Source: Bacillota bacterium (lineage in GTDB: Bacteria; Bacillota; Clostridia; Tissierellales; Tissierellaceae). From it: a stretch of DNA of 64,000 nucleotides. The notes under the pieces were generated by a model. It was given only the letters and a program-made list of their open reading frames with translations. It had not been told where the DNA came from and searched no databases. Position 1 is the first letter of the stretch; the number at the start of each line of letters is the position of its first letter. Shown in pieces: positions 46,422 through 57,162 of the stretch. The stretch spans positions 51,304 to 115,303 of the forward strand of contig JAEWGC010000039.1 of NCBI GenBank assembly GCA_023388495.1. The letters run 5' to 3'. The translations under genes were made by a program, and so were the position numbers.

Positions 46422-47399
46422 ATGCCGTATTTGTCAATAGGATTTGCTTTGCTTATTATTGTTTTAGTTATGCTTTTCTTTACATTTGTGCCAGTAGGAC
46501 TTTGGGTTACAGCGTTTTTCTCAGGAGTTAAGATTTCTATGTCAACTCTTATAGGAATGAGATTGAGACGAGTAGCACCATCTAGAATAGTAAATCCAAT
46601 GATTAAAGCAACAAAGGCAGGTTTAGTTATTAAGATCAATGAATTAGAAGCACATTTTTTAGCAGGTGGAAATGTAAATACTTTAGTAGACGCTTTAATT
46701 GCTGCTCAAAGAGCTAATATTCCATTAGAGTTTGAAAGAGCAGCAGCGATAGACTTAGCAGGTAGAAATGTATTAGAGGCAGTTCAAGTATCTGTTAATC
46801 CTAAGGTAATAGAAACACCACAGATTGCAGCAGTGGCTAAGGATGGTATTGAGGTTATAGCAAAAGCAAGGGTAACAGTTCGAGCTAATATTGAAAGATT
46901 AGTTGGGGGAGCTGGAGAGGAAACAATTATTGCCAGAGTAGGAGAGGGAATAGTTACTACTGTAGGTAGTTCAAGCTCACATAAAGATGTTTTAGAAAAT
47001 CCTGATAGCATCTCAAAAACTGTACTTAATAAAGGTCTAGATTCAGGAACAGCTTTCGAAATACTGTCTATAGATATAGCAGATGTTGACGTAGGTAGAA
47101 ATATAGGGGCTAAACTTCTAATGGAGCAAGCAGAAGCAGATAAGAGAATAGCAGAAGCAAAGGCAGAAGAAAGAAGAGCCATGGCAGTAGCCAAAGAACA
47201 AGAAATGAAGGCTGATGTACAGGCCATGAGAGCTAAGGTAGTTGAAGCAGAAGCAGAGGTACCACTAGCATTGGCATCAGCATTAAAGTCAGGAAATCTA
47301 GGAGTTATGGATTATTATAATATGAGAAATATATTAGCAGATACTGATATGAGATCATCTATATCAAAGATAGCCGAAGATGATAAGAAACAGAAATAA
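46422..47399 (+). CDS. floA: Flotillin-like protein FloA (YqfA)
   Basis: [29 protein letters not shown] is the N-terminal signature of the FloA/UPF0365 family. The A/E-rich C-terminus also fits. Confidence 0.9.
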   Translation: MPYLSIGFALLIIVLVMLFFTFVPVGLWVTAFFSGVKISMSTLIGMRLRRVAPSRIVNPMIKATKAGLVIKINELEAHFLAGGNVNTLVDALIAAQRANIPLEFERAAAIDLAGRNVLEAVQVSVNPKVIETPQIAAVAKDGIEVIAKARVTVRANIERLVGGAGEETIIARVGEGIVTTVGSSSSHKDVLENPDSISKTVLNKGLDSGTAFEILSIDIADVDVGRNIGAKLLMEQAEADKRIAEAKAEERRAMAVAKEQEMKADVQAMRAKVVEAEAEVPLALASALKSGNLGVMDYYNMRNILADTDMRSSISKIAEDDKKQK

Positions 47400-47413
47400 G
47401 GAGGAGGGATATA

Positions 47414-47905
47414 ATGCCCGGTCCTATATTATTTTTTATAATCATTATAGCAATAGACTTAATTTTAAAATCTGCTAAAGATAAGAAAAATATAAATGAA
47501 GCCAGAAGAAGGAGAACACAGGAATTAAACAAACAACCTACAACTCCAACACCTTCAAGATCTATGGCAGATCTTCGAAAGATATTAGAAGAGGAAATTC
47601 AAAAGGAAAGACAAAGGGAAATGGCAAGGAAACAGAGACATACTACAAAACAGAGTACCTTGTTTAATGAAAAAAGGCCAAATCAAGATAAAGTCAATAA
47701 AAAGGCAGATATAAAAGAAAGAACTATTGAAGTTAGAAAAGATGAAGAAAATCTCTTGGAAAATAGAAATGTGTATAATACACCAGTGAAAAATGAAGTC
47801 AAAAATAAAGAAGTAAATTTAAGGGAAGATATATTAAGAGGAATAATATTTTCTGAAATATTATCAGAACCAAAGAGTTTACAAAATCAAAGGAGAAGTC
47901 TGTAA
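47414..47905 (+). CDS. Membrane-anchored, highly basic hypothetical protein (YqfB position)
   Basis: Single N-terminal TM and a K/R/E-rich tail. Confidence 0.45.
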   Translation: MPGPILFFIIIIAIDLILKSAKDKKNINEARRRRTQELNKQPTTPTPSRSMADLRKILEEEIQKERQREMARKQRHTTKQSTLFNEKRPNQDKVNKKADIKERTIEVRKDEENLLENRNVYNTPVKNEVKNKEVNLREDILRGIIFSEILSEPKSLQNQRRSL

Positions 47906-47925
47906 AAGTTTACAGACTTCTTTTT
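47895..47925 (+). terminator. Terminator overlapping the stop codon
   Basis: gaagtctgta-aaagtt-tacagacttc followed by T5. Confidence 0.75.
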
Positions 47926-47970
47926 CATAGGCATAGTCCCTAAGTTAGAGGCATAGAATTAATAGGAGGG

Positions 47971-48255
47971 ATGACAATGAAACGACAGATAGAAAATGTA
48001 AAATACAGCCTTTCAGAAGCATTGGAACTGCCTATAGATATTATGATGGACTTGCCAAAGCTAACAGTTATAGGAAATATTGAAGCTTCCTTATTAAATC
48101 ACAAGGGAATCATAGAATATACACAAGAAGTCATTAGAATAAATACAAAAACTGGAGTTTTTAAAATAACTGGTGAAGGATTAGAGATAAAAACAATACT
48201 ATCAGAAGAAATAATTGTTACTGGAACTATTAAAAATATTGAAATAATAAGCTAG
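47971..48255 (+). CDS. yqfC: Sporulation protein YqfC
   Basis: 94 aa. ELPIDIMMDLPKLTVIGNIE...IKTILSEEIIVTGTIKNIE pattern and position before yqfD. Confidence 0.85.
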   Translation: MTMKRQIENVKYSLSEALELPIDIMMDLPKLTVIGNIEASLLNHKGIIEYTQEVIRINTKTGVFKITGEGLEIKTILSEEIIVTGTIKNIEIIS

Positions 48256-48266
48256 GGAGTGGTATA

Positions 48267-49469
48267 ATGCTAGCTATAAAAATATGGAATTATTTTAAAG
48301 GATATGTTATTATTAGGGTTGAGGGGCTAACCTTAGAAAGGCTCTTAAATTTAGCAGCTACTTACGATATATATCTATGGGATATAAAAAGACATAGTAA
48401 TATTGTTCTGGAGATGAAGTCTACAATTAGAGGTTTTAAGGAATTAAGAGAAATAGTAAAAAAGGTAGGTTGTAGAATAGAAATAAAAGAAAAAAAGGGA
48501 ATTCCTTTTTTAATTATGAAATTAAAAGAAAGAAAAATGTTAGTAGCAGGATTTTTGTTGTTCTGGGCAACAATAATTTTACTAACATCTACTATTTGGA
48601 AAATAGAAATATTAGGAAATGAGCAAACTCCAGATGAAGAGATAATTTTGCTACTGAAGGATAACAATATATCTACGGGTAAACTTAAATTTTATATAAA
48701 AGAAGAAGCTATAAAGGATTTATTAATAGATAATTATGATTACTTTTCATTTATATCTGTAAATGTAAAAGGAACGAGACTTATTGTGGAAATTAGAGAA
48801 CAAGATTTACCACCAGAGAAAATTGATAAATCCTATCCATGTCATGTAGTAGCAAAAAAGAAAGGTGTAATAGTCAAAGTAGTTCCTAAAAATGGAAGAG
48901 CTGTTGTAGAAAAAGGTGAGGTAGTTAGTGAAGGGCAAACACTTATTACGGGCATACTAACTAACGAAAGAACAGAAGATACTATATTAGTTCATGCAGA
49001 AGGTGAAGTATTAGCATTAACAAGATATAGTAGCATTATAAGAGAACCTATAATAAAAAATGAAGAAAAATATACAGGAAAATTTCATAAGCAAAGAGGA
49101 ATAAAAGTTAAGGACAAAGGAATTATGTTTATGCAAGGTAGAATTCCTTTTACAAATTATAAGGAGTTTGAGGTTGAAAAAGATTTAATTAATCTAGAAA
49201 AATGGGGTATAGAATTTCCTATTAAGAAAGTTGAATATGAATATAGAGAAGTTGAGATTAAAGAAGTAAAACAAAATATAGACTTCTTGAAGCAATCTAC
49301 CCAAATTCAAGCTACAAAGGAAATAAATAAAGAGTTACCACCAAATGCAGAGATACAATCTAAAAATATTAGACACCAGATAGATGATAATATGCTAATA
49401 ACGCAAGTTATAGTAGAGACTATAGAGGATATAGGAAGAAAACAAATAATTAAGAATAGGGAGGATTAG
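48267..49469 (+). CDS. yqfD: Sporulation protein YqfD
   Basis: GYVIIRVEGLTLERLLN start, a central TM, size and synteny. Confidence 0.85.
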   Translation: MLAIKIWNYFKGYVIIRVEGLTLERLLNLAATYDIYLWDIKRHSNIVLEMKSTIRGFKELREIVKKVGCRIEIKEKKGIPFLIMKLKERKMLVAGFLLFWATIILLTSTIWKIEILGNEQTPDEEIILLLKDNNISTGKLKFYIKEEAIKDLLIDNYDYFSFISVNVKGTRLIVEIREQDLPPEKIDKSYPCHVVAKKKGVIVKVVPKNGRAVVEKGEVVSEGQTLITGILTNERTEDTILVHAEGEVLALTRYSSIIREPIIKNEEKYTGKFHKQRGIKVKDKGIMFMQGRIPFTNYKEFEVEKDLINLEKWGIEFPIKKVEYEYREVEIKEVKQNIDFLKQSTQIQATKEINKELPPNAEIQSKNIRHQIDDNMLITQVIVETIEDIGRKQIIKNRED

Positions 49470-49471
49470 AC

Positions 49472-50443
49472 TTGCCAAACACTATAGAAGAAAAGAGTAT
49501 TATAATCGAAAACAGTGAAATCCTTAGTGAGATATTTGGAGACCTTGATGAAAATATTAATATAATAAAAGAAGAATTAGGCATTAAGGTTGCCATCAGA
49601 GATGGAGAAATAAAACTATATGGTGATAGAGTATCTATAGACTTGGGAGAAAAATTGATTTATAATTTAATTGAGATAGTAAAAAAACAAGGTAAGCTAG
49701 ATAAACAAAACCTAAGATATTCAATAAAACTTTTGCTAGAAGGACAAGGGGAATATATAAAGGAACTGCTTAAAGAGGTAGTCTGTGTTACGGCCTCAGG
49801 AAAAAGTATTAAGCCAAAGACTTTAGGTCAAAAAAGATATTTAGATTCAATTAGAAAGAATGATATAGTCTTTGGTATTGGACCTGCAGGTACAGGAAAA
49901 ACATACTTGGCTATGGCTATGGCAGTTCAGGCATTTAAAAACAAAGAAGTAAATAGAATTATACTTACAAGACCAGCAGTTGAAGCTGGAGAAAACCTAG
50001 GTTTTTTACCTGGGGATTTACAGGAAAAGGTAGACCCGTATTTGAGACCAATTTATGATGCTTTATTTGATATTTTAGGTGCTGAATCCTATGGAAGATA
50101 TATTGAAAAGGGTGTAATCGAAGTAGCACCATTGGCATATATGAGAGGTAGAACATTAGACTCCTCCTATGTTATATTAGATGAGGCTCAAAACACTACT
50201 AATGAACAAATGAAGATGTTTTTGACTAGACTTGGATTTGGGTCAAAAGCCATAATAACAGGAGATATAACTCAAATTGACCTTGGAAAAGGAAAAGAAT
50301 CTGGTCTAAAGACAATAGCAAAAATATTAAATGATGTAGATGGGATAGATTTTATATATCTTTCTAAAAATGATATAGTTAGACATCCTTTAGTGCAAAG
50401 AATAATAGAGGCATATGACAAATACGAAACCCTAAAAGGATAA
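49472..50443 (+). CDS. phoH: PhoH-family ATPase
   Basis: GPAGTGKTYLAMA Walker A and ILDEAQN Walker B. Confidence 0.9.
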   Translation: MPNTIEEKSIIIENSEILSEIFGDLDENINIIKEELGIKVAIRDGEIKLYGDRVSIDLGEKLIYNLIEIVKKQGKLDKQNLRYSIKLLLEGQGEYIKELLKEVVCVTASGKSIKPKTLGQKRYLDSIRKNDIVFGIGPAGTGKTYLAMAMAVQAFKNKEVNRIILTRPAVEAGENLGFLPGDLQEKVDPYLRPIYDALFDILGAESYGRYIEKGVIEVAPLAYMRGRTLDSSYVILDEAQNTTNEQMKMFLTRLGFGSKAIITGDITQIDLGKGKESGLKTIAKILNDVDGIDFIYLSKNDIVRHPLVQRIIEAYDKYETLKG

Positions 50444-50461
50444 ACCATAAGGAGGTTGCCT

Positions 50462-52510
50462 ATGGATAGTAAAGGATTTTCGCTAACAAAAAATAGGAAA
50501 CTATATAATGGGTTATTGCTTGTAATTTTTACAGCAATCCTTTTTTTTATAACTATTTATAAATTAGAGACAAATAAATTCAATTTAAAGATTGGAGATA
50601 TGGCTACCACTGATATTAGAGCTACTAAGGACTTAGAAGATATTTATACTACTGAAGAGTTAAAAAAAGAAGCAATGAATAAGGTGGAGCCAAGATATAG
50701 AATATATCCTTCTGTGCAAATGACTATGAAAAGTACTATTAAGGATTTTTTAGATACAACTAGAGATATTAAGGCTCAAGAAAATATAAGCATAAATAAA
50801 AGAGCACAACTTCTTCAAGAGAGTCAACCCATTGAATTAACCATTAAGGATGCATATGTTGCCATAAGAATGGACTATAAAGCTTTAAATAACTTTGAGA
50901 ATATTTTAATGGATTTAATAAACCAAGTAATGGGAAATGGTATCAAGGAGACAGAGCTTCAATATGAAAAAGAAAATTTAGTAAAGGTCTTTGAATCATT
51001 AGATATGAAAGATGAAGAAAAGCAATTAGGGCTTCTGCTTATGAATAGCACTATAGAAGCGAATGAATTTTTGGACAAGGCTGAAACCGAGAGAAGAAGA
51101 CTTGAGGAGGCAGAAAAGGTAGAGATAGTTGTTTTAAAGGAAAATGAAATCATAGCTCCTCAGGGAAGTATAATAAAGGAAAGAGAAATAGAGTTAATTA
51201 GAGCATCTGGATTATTAAAGGAAGACAATAAGATACCAATAGGATTAATATTAGGTACAGTTATACTAATATTATTAGGAATGTCAATTATCATTGGATA
51301 TATATATTTATTTAATAATGAAATACTATATAACAATCGTTTGTTGATATTACTTATGGTTGCGTTACTTTCTATAATAATATGTAAGGAAATGTATCAA
51401 ATATCTCCTTATATAATGCCAGTAGCTACAGTGCCTTTATTAATTTCTATGTTAATAGAACCAAAATTAGGATTATTAGTAAACATGTTTGTATCCTTCT
51501 TTTTAGGGTTTATATTAAAGCTTGACGCAAGCTCTATTGCAATGTATATGGTATCGGGTAGTATTGCTTCGTTAATAGCTATTAAACAGGAGCAGAGATA
51601 CAATATTTTAATCAATGGTTTTATTATTGGTATAATAAATATTTTGACTCTAACATCCTTTAGACTAGCCAAGGGAATAGGAGGTATAGATTCAATTACA
51701 ATAGCATTTTATAGCTTCATAAATGGGATTATAGCTGCTATTCTAACATTAGGTTCTTTACCAGTATGGGAAAATGCTTTTTCTGTATTAACTACCCTAA
51801 AACTATTGGAGTTATCAAATCCAAATCAACCATTATTAAAGAAACTATTATTAGAAGCACCAGGGACTTATCATCATAGTATATTAGTTGGGAATTTAGC
51901 TGAAGGGGCTGCAGAGGCCATATCAGCCAACTCTTTATTGGCCAGAGTAGCATCATATTATCATGATATAGGAAAGTCAGTAAGACCCTATTACTTTGCA
52001 GAAAACCAATTTGGTATAGAAAATCCCCATAATAAATTGCAGCCTATGCAAAGTTCAACTATCATTACATCTCACACAATTGATGGTATAGCTCTAGGTA
52101 AAGAAAAAAATCTACCTAAGGAAATAATAGATATAATAGAGGAACATCATGGGAATACGGCAGTAGCATACTTTTATCATAAGGCTAAAGAATTGAATAA
52201 AGATATAGATATATCTATAGATGAATTTAGATATAAAGGCAGAAAACCTCAAACAAAGGAAGCGGCAATTGTTATGTTAGCAGACTCCTCAGAGGCTGCT
52301 GTAAGGAGTATGAAGGATTTAACAAAAGAAAAAATCGAGGACATGGTTAGAAAAGTAGTACAGGGGAAACTAAAAGATGGCCAATTAGATGAGTGTGATT
52401 TAACATTAAAAGAAATAGAAACTATTATCCACTCTTTTGTGAAAGTGCTAACTGGTATATACCATGATAGAATAGAATACCCAAATATTGAAGAAAAGTC
52501 GGAGGCATAA
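50462..52510 (+). CDS. pgpH: 7TM-HD (HDIG) membrane phosphohydrolase, PgpH/YqfF-like
   Basis: Extracellular N-domain, seven TM helices, then HHSILVGNLAE...YHDIGK and EEHHG. Confidence 0.85.
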   Translation: MDSKGFSLTKNRKLYNGLLLVIFTAILFFITIYKLETNKFNLKIGDMATTDIRATKDLEDIYTTEELKKEAMNKVEPRYRIYPSVQMTMKSTIKDFLDTTRDIKAQENISINKRAQLLQESQPIELTIKDAYVAIRMDYKALNNFENILMDLINQVMGNGIKETELQYEKENLVKVFESLDMKDEEKQLGLLLMNSTIEANEFLDKAETERRRLEEAEKVEIVVLKENEIIAPQGSIIKEREIELIRASGLLKEDNKIPIGLILGTVILILLGMSIIIGYIYLFNNEILYNNRLLILLMVALLSIIICKEMYQISPYIMPVATVPLLISMLIEPKLGLLVNMFVSFFLGFILKLDASSIAMYMVSGSIASLIAIKQEQRYNILINGFIIGIINILTLTSFRLAKGIGGIDSITIAFYSFINGIIAAILTLGSLPVWENAFSVLTTLKLLELSNPNQPLLKKLLLEAPGTYHHSILVGNLAEGAAEAISANSLLARVASYYHDIGKSVRPYYFAENQFGIENPHNKLQPMQSSTIITSHTIDGIALGKEKNLPKEIIDIIEEHHGNTAVAYFYHKAKELNKDIDISIDEFRYKGRKPQTKEAAIVMLADSSEAAVRSMKDLTKEKIEDMVRKVVQGKLKDGQLDECDLTLKEIETIIHSFVKVLTGIYHDRIEYPNIEEKSEA

Positions 52511-52513
52511 AAA

Positions 52514-52978
52514 ATGGAAGTATATATAGATAATAGACAAGATAAGGTTGAAATAGAAGATGATATACTTGAAGTAATTGAGAAAGTAGTAAAGGAAGTT
52601 TTAATCTTTGAAGATGAGTCTTTAGAGTGTGAGGTTAGTGTATCCTTTGTAGATAATGAAGAAATAAAGGGACTAAATAGAGATTATAGAGGGGTGGATA
52701 AGGAAACTGATGTATTGTCATTTCCTATGGATGATGAATTTTCTGTAGAAGGGCCTTTATTACTAGGAGATATAATTATATCTCTTGAAAAGGCTTTAGA
52801 GCAGTCTAAGGACTTTGGACATTCCCTATATAGGGAAATTTCATATTTAACAGCCCATTCAATGTTTCATTTATTAGGCTATGATCATATGAATGAAGAA
52901 GAAAAAATTATAATGAGGGAAAAGGAAAAAGAAGTAATGAAAATATTAAAGATATTTAAAGATAACAAAGGGGAGTAA
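52514..52978 (+). CDS. ybeY: rRNA maturation RNase YbeY
   Basis: HSMFHLLGYDH zinc motif. Confidence 0.92.
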   Translation: MEVYIDNRQDKVEIEDDILEVIEKVVKEVLIFEDESLECEVSVSFVDNEEIKGLNRDYRGVDKETDVLSFPMDDEFSVEGPLLLGDIIISLEKALEQSKDFGHSLYREISYLTAHSMFHLLGYDHMNEEEKIIMREKEKEVMKILKIFKDNKGE

Positions 52979-52982
52979 ATAG

Positions 52983-53687
52983 ATGAAAAAAAGATCACTG
53001 ATTGATAGTTTTAACTATGCAGTATCAGGGATTATTATAGCCTTAAAAACTGAAAGGAATATGAGAATACATTATTTAATTGCTATTTTAGTCATTACAT
53101 TAAGTCTTTTCTTTGACTTTTCTAGAATAGAATTTCTCCTTCTATTATTCTCAATATCTCTAGTGGTCGTAGCGGAAATGTTTAATACTGCTCTAGAGAA
53201 AGTAATAGATTTAGTTACACAAGATTACCATCCATTAGCACGGATCGTCAAAGATGTAGCGGCTGGTGCAGTACTTATTGCGGCTATAAACTCCATAGTG
53301 GTTGGGTACTTACTTTTTTTTGATAGATTGAGTTCTTATACAGATTTATTGCTATTTAAAATAAGAAGATCAAGTATTCATTTAACCTTTGTAGCCTTAT
53401 TAATAGTAGTATTACTGACTATAGGATTAAAGGCAAAGTTTTATAGAGGTAGGGGAACTCACTTTCAAGGTGGAACTGTAAGTGGTCATGCCGCTATATC
53501 CTTTTGTATAGCTACTATAATAGTTTTTTTAGCGCAAAACATGTTAGTCACTACATTAAGTTATGGTCTTGCTATTCTAGTAGGAGAAAGTAGAATAGAA
53601 GGGAAGATTCACAGTTTCATGGAAGTTTTATTAGGATCTATATTAGGAGTATTAGTAGGAATTTTAGTATTTCAAATCATAGGATAA
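52983..53687 (+). CDS. dgkA: Diacylglycerol/undecaprenol kinase (DgkA) fused to a PAP2-like C-terminal segment
   Basis: The N-terminal ~120 aa match DgkA (ERNMRIH, EMFNTALE, KDVAAGAVL). The C-terminal ~100 aa carry SGH and SR.....H PAP2-like motifs. Confidence 0.75.
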   Translation: MKKRSLIDSFNYAVSGIIIALKTERNMRIHYLIAILVITLSLFFDFSRIEFLLLLFSISLVVVAEMFNTALEKVIDLVTQDYHPLARIVKDVAAGAVLIAAINSIVVGYLLFFDRLSSYTDLLLFKIRRSSIHLTFVALLIVVLLTIGLKAKFYRGRGTHFQGGTVSGHAAISFCIATIIVFLAQNMLVTTLSYGLAILVGESRIEGKIHSFMEVLLGSILGVLVGILVFQIIG

Positions 53688-53698
53688 GGGGGAGCCGA

Positions 53699-54751
53699 AT
53701 GAAACTTAAGGCAAAAATTATTTTAATTACAGTATTCATTGCACTATTATCTAGCAGTTGTAAAAAAGAAGAGATAAAGGAACCAGTTATAGTAGAAATC
53801 CCTGCAGGTGTAGAAAAAGAAGAGGATATGGATCAAGTGGGGGAAGTACCAGTAAAGGAAGGAATACCTTCACCCCTTAGTGGAATATATGTGGAAGAGT
53901 CAAAGATAAATAGAAGGCCTGTTGCAGTTATGTTTGATAATCATCATGGTGCTAGATGGCAATCTGGACTAAAAGATGCTGAAATAATATATGAATTTTT
54001 AGTTGAGGCTCCTTATACCAGATATATGGGTATATATCTAATAAATGATCCACCATCTATTGGTCCTATCAGATCTGCTAGACCTTATTTTGTAACAACT
54101 TCTCTAGAATATGATGCTGTATATGTTCATGTTGGAGGAAGCGAACAGGCTAAAAAAGATATTAAAACTTTAAAAGTGGCAGATATAGATGGACTATCTA
54201 GCTCGAATAAGGTTTTTTGGAGAAAAAATCATAAAAAAATGCCTCACAATACTTATTCCAGTATGGAAGCCATAAGGACAACTCAAGAAGAAAGAAAATA
54301 TAATTTAACAGGTGAATATATCCCATTTAAGTTTAAGGAAGATGAGGCTGATATAGAAGGTGGCGCTGCTACTAATATAATATTAAAATATATGAAAAAT
54401 AATATTACTGAATATAAATATGATGATGAAAAGAAAATATATAATAGAATAAAAGATGGTAAGCTACATATAGACGAAACAGATGAAGCTCCAATCGTAG
54501 CTAAGAATATAATTATCCAAGAAGCAAAGACTAAGGTATTAGATAATGAAGGTAGACTTGAGATTGAATTAGTTGGAGAAGGAACAGGTAAATATATAAC
54601 AAATGGAAAAGCAATAGATATAAAATGGGTAAAAAAAGGAAGAAATGACAAAACCCTATATTATGATTTAGAAGGGATAGAGATAGTTTTAAACCCAGGA
54701 GTTACATGGATTCAGATAACTAGTCCTAAGACAGAAATTATAATAGAATAA
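53699..54751 (+). CDS. DUF3048 (YerB-like) lipoprotein
   Basis: Lipobox LLSSSC. RPVAVMFDNHHGARWQSGL..AEIIYEFLVE pattern. Confidence 0.7.
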   Translation: MKLKAKIILITVFIALLSSSCKKEEIKEPVIVEIPAGVEKEEDMDQVGEVPVKEGIPSPLSGIYVEESKINRRPVAVMFDNHHGARWQSGLKDAEIIYEFLVEAPYTRYMGIYLINDPPSIGPIRSARPYFVTTSLEYDAVYVHVGGSEQAKKDIKTLKVADIDGLSSSNKVFWRKNHKKMPHNTYSSMEAIRTTQEERKYNLTGEYIPFKFKEDEADIEGGAATNIILKYMKNNITEYKYDDEKKIYNRIKDGKLHIDETDEAPIVAKNIIIQEAKTKVLDNEGRLEIELVGEGTGKYITNGKAIDIKWVKKGRNDKTLYYDLEGIEIVLNPGVTWIQITSPKTEIIIE

Positions 54752-54766
54752 AATAGGAGGTATTTT

Positions 54767-55186
54767 ATGGATAAAAGAGAATTAATCAAGAAGGCTTTAG
54801 AGGCCCAAAAAAAAGCATATGTTCCATATTCGAATTTTCATGTTGGTGCAGCATTAATTACAGAGGATGGAGAAATATTTACTGGTTGTAATATAGAAAT
54901 AGCATCTTATTCCCCTACGTTATGTGCAGAAAGAACAGCTATTTTTAAAGCTATATCAGAAGGACATAAAAAGATTAGAGCCATAGCAGTAGTAGGAGAT
55001 GCAGATTTCACATATCCCTGTGGAGTATGTAGACAGGTAATTAGGGAGTTTGGCAAAGATGCTATAATAATAATAGCTAATTCAGAAGATGAATATAGAG
55101 AATACAAACTAAATGATTTATTGCCCCACAGCTTTGGACCAGAGGATTTAATAGAAGTAAATACTAGGAGTGAACAAAATGTATAA
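54767..55186 (+). CDS. cdd: Cytidine deaminase
   Basis: CAERTA and PCGVCRQ zinc motifs. Confidence 0.92.
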   Translation: MDKRELIKKALEAQKKAYVPYSNFHVGAALITEDGEIFTGCNIEIASYSPTLCAERTAIFKAISEGHKKIRAIAVVGDADFTYPCGVCRQVIREFGKDAIIIIANSEDEYREYKLNDLLPHSFGPEDLIEVNTRSEQNV

Positions 55187-56063
55187 ATCAGGATTTATAA
55201 CAGTAGTTGGAAGACCAAACGTAGGAAAATCAACATTATTAAATCAAGTGATAGGGGAAAAAATATCTATAATATCAGATAAGCCCCAAACTACAAGAAA
55301 TAAAATTCAACTTGTATATACAGATGAAAACAGCCAGATAGTTTTTATTGATACTCCAGGGATACAAATGCCTAAGAATAAACTTGGAGAATATATGTTA
55401 AAGGTTTCCAAAAGTACCTTAGAAGAGGTTGATGTAGTTACATTTATGGTAGATGATAGTATGGAAATAGGGCCTATGGACAATATGATTATAAACGATC
55501 TTAAGAGTATATCAACTCCTATAGTACTACTAATAAATAAAACCGATAAGCTAAAGGAAGAGGAAGTCCTACAGTTAATAGATAAATACAGTAAAATGGA
55601 TATGTTTAAGGAAATAATACCTATATCTGCATTAAACAATAATAATACCCAAAGATATATAGAGGTATTAAAAAGCATGATACCAGAAGGTCCACAATAT
55701 TTCCCCGAAGACATGATAACAGACCAGCCAGAAAGGTTTATTATTGCCGAAATCATAAGAGAAAAGGCCCTTTTAAACTTAGAAGAAGAGGTACCTCATG
55801 GAATTTATGTAGCAATTGATGGGGTCAAGCAAAGGGAAAATAAAGATATTATAGATGTATTTGCAAATATTTATTGTGAGAAGGACTCCCATAAAGGTAT
55901 AGTAATAGGAAAAAATGGGACTAAACTAAAGGAAATAGGGCAAAACGCCAGATTAGATATAGAGGCACTTTTAGGCAGTAGAGTGAACCTTCAAATTTGG
56001 GTTAAGGTAGAGAAAAATTGGAGAGAAAGAGATAACAAAGTAAAATACTTTGGTTACAAATAA
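55179..56063 (+). CDS. era: GTPase Era
   Basis: GRPNVGKST, DTPG, NKTD and a KH domain. ATG 55179 lies 8 nt after AGGAG and overlaps the cdd stop. Confidence 0.95.
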   Translation: MYKSGFITVVGRPNVGKSTLLNQVIGEKISIISDKPQTTRNKIQLVYTDENSQIVFIDTPGIQMPKNKLGEYMLKVSKSTLEEVDVVTFMVDDSMEIGPMDNMIINDLKSISTPIVLLINKTDKLKEEEVLQLIDKYSKMDMFKEIIPISALNNNNTQRYIEVLKSMIPEGPQYFPEDMITDQPERFIIAEIIREKALLNLEEEVPHGIYVAIDGVKQRENKDIIDVFANIYCEKDSHKGIVIGKNGTKLKEIGQNARLDIEALLGSRVNLQIWVKVEKNWRERDNKVKYFGYK

Positions 56064-56076
56064 TTAGGGGAATTTT

Positions 56077-56817
56077 ATGCTAAAAACAGAAGGTGTAGTA
56101 CTAAAGGAGCTAAGATATAGGGATACATCTAAGATATTGAGTATTTATACAGAGAAATATGGGAAAATAGCTGTAATGGCAAGAGGAGCTTATAGGCCTA
56201 AATCTCAAATCATAGCCAATACTCAACCATTTTCATATAATGAGTATCAGCTATATAGAGGAAAAAGTTTTTTCTACCTTAATCAAGGTGATATAATAGA
56301 TTCTTTTTATCCCATAAGGGAAAAAATAGAAAGAGTTACTTATGGGTACTATATTCTTGAACTAATTGATAAAGGGTTACCGGACGAGCAAGAAAATGGA
56401 AAAATCTTCAATCTTTTAGTAAAGGGACTAACAGTTTTATCTTCTTTAGATGATGATTATTTAAAATTTATTGTGGCCTACGAGCTTAAATTTATATCAT
56501 TTTTAGGATATAAACCCCACTTAGATAAATGTGTAATATGTAGGAATACTCATAAGAATAATATTAAATTTAGTATCTACGAAGGTGGAATAATCTGTAG
56601 TGATTGTTTTACGGTAGATCCCTTTAGTGTATATATAAATAAGGAAATTTACGATGCTATGTATGGATTTTTATATACGCCATTAGAGAAAGTACCTGAT
56701 ATTATTATTTCCAAGGACTCACTCTACAAACTGCATGAAATCATAGTAGAATATATACTTTATAGTATAGATAGGAAAAAGTTTAATGCTTTAAGTTTAA
56801 TCAAATCATTATGGTGA
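56077..56817 (+). CDS. recO: DNA repair protein RecO
   Basis: GVVLKELRYRDTSKIL OB-fold start and a C..C...C..C zinc motif. Follows era. Confidence 0.9.
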   Translation: MLKTEGVVLKELRYRDTSKILSIYTEKYGKIAVMARGAYRPKSQIIANTQPFSYNEYQLYRGKSFFYLNQGDIIDSFYPIREKIERVTYGYYILELIDKGLPDEQENGKIFNLLVKGLTVLSSLDDDYLKFIVAYELKFISFLGYKPHLDKCVICRNTHKNNIKFSIYEGGIICSDCFTVDPFSVYINKEIYDAMYGFLYTPLEKVPDIIISKDSLYKLHEIIVEYILYSIDRKKFNALSLIKSLW

Positions 56818-56842
56818 TAGGTTATTTTAAATTACTATATGC

Positions 56843-56871
56843 TTGACAATAAAATCAATTTTTGCTAAATT
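56843..56871 (+). promoter_or_regulatory. glyQS promoter
   Basis: TTGACA, 17 nt, then TAAATT. Confidence 0.55.
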
Positions 56872-56879
56872 AATAAGCA

Positions 56880-57105
56880 TAGAAAATTCATTGATATACG
56901 ATGACGGAGAAAAAGTCTATTATAATTATTTAAGAGAGTCTAGGATGGTGGGAGCTAGATATAATTATTATTGACGAAAGGCACTTCGGAGTATACTTTA
57001 CAAAGTGAATACCCAAGGACTTGGGTATTAAATAGGGTGGAACCGCGGAAGTTGACCTTTCGTCCCTATGTGGGATGTAAGGTTTTTTTGTTGCCATGAA
57101 TTTTT
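56880..57105 (+). promoter_or_regulatory. Glycine-specific T-box riboswitch leader
   Basis: AGAGAG box (56933-56938), GGC specifier (56970-56972), T-box sequence aatagggtggaaccgcg (57031-57047), and a terminator ending in T7 (~57095). Confidence 0.9.
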
Positions 57106-57162
57106 GAGCGGTAGCTTCGAATTAATTCGAAGTAATATATCGAATGATAAGGAGGTTTTTTT

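Noticed and set aside
44438-47227. Long antisense ORFs in the core region, for example 44438-44959, 46784-47227 and 55307-55756. Many shorter ones lie inside dnaK, lepA, glyS and others.
   Set aside because: All lie fully inside strongly supported conserved genes on the other strand. They are Ser/Ile/Phe/Leu-rich frame shadows of purine-rich coding sequence, and they lack RBSs.
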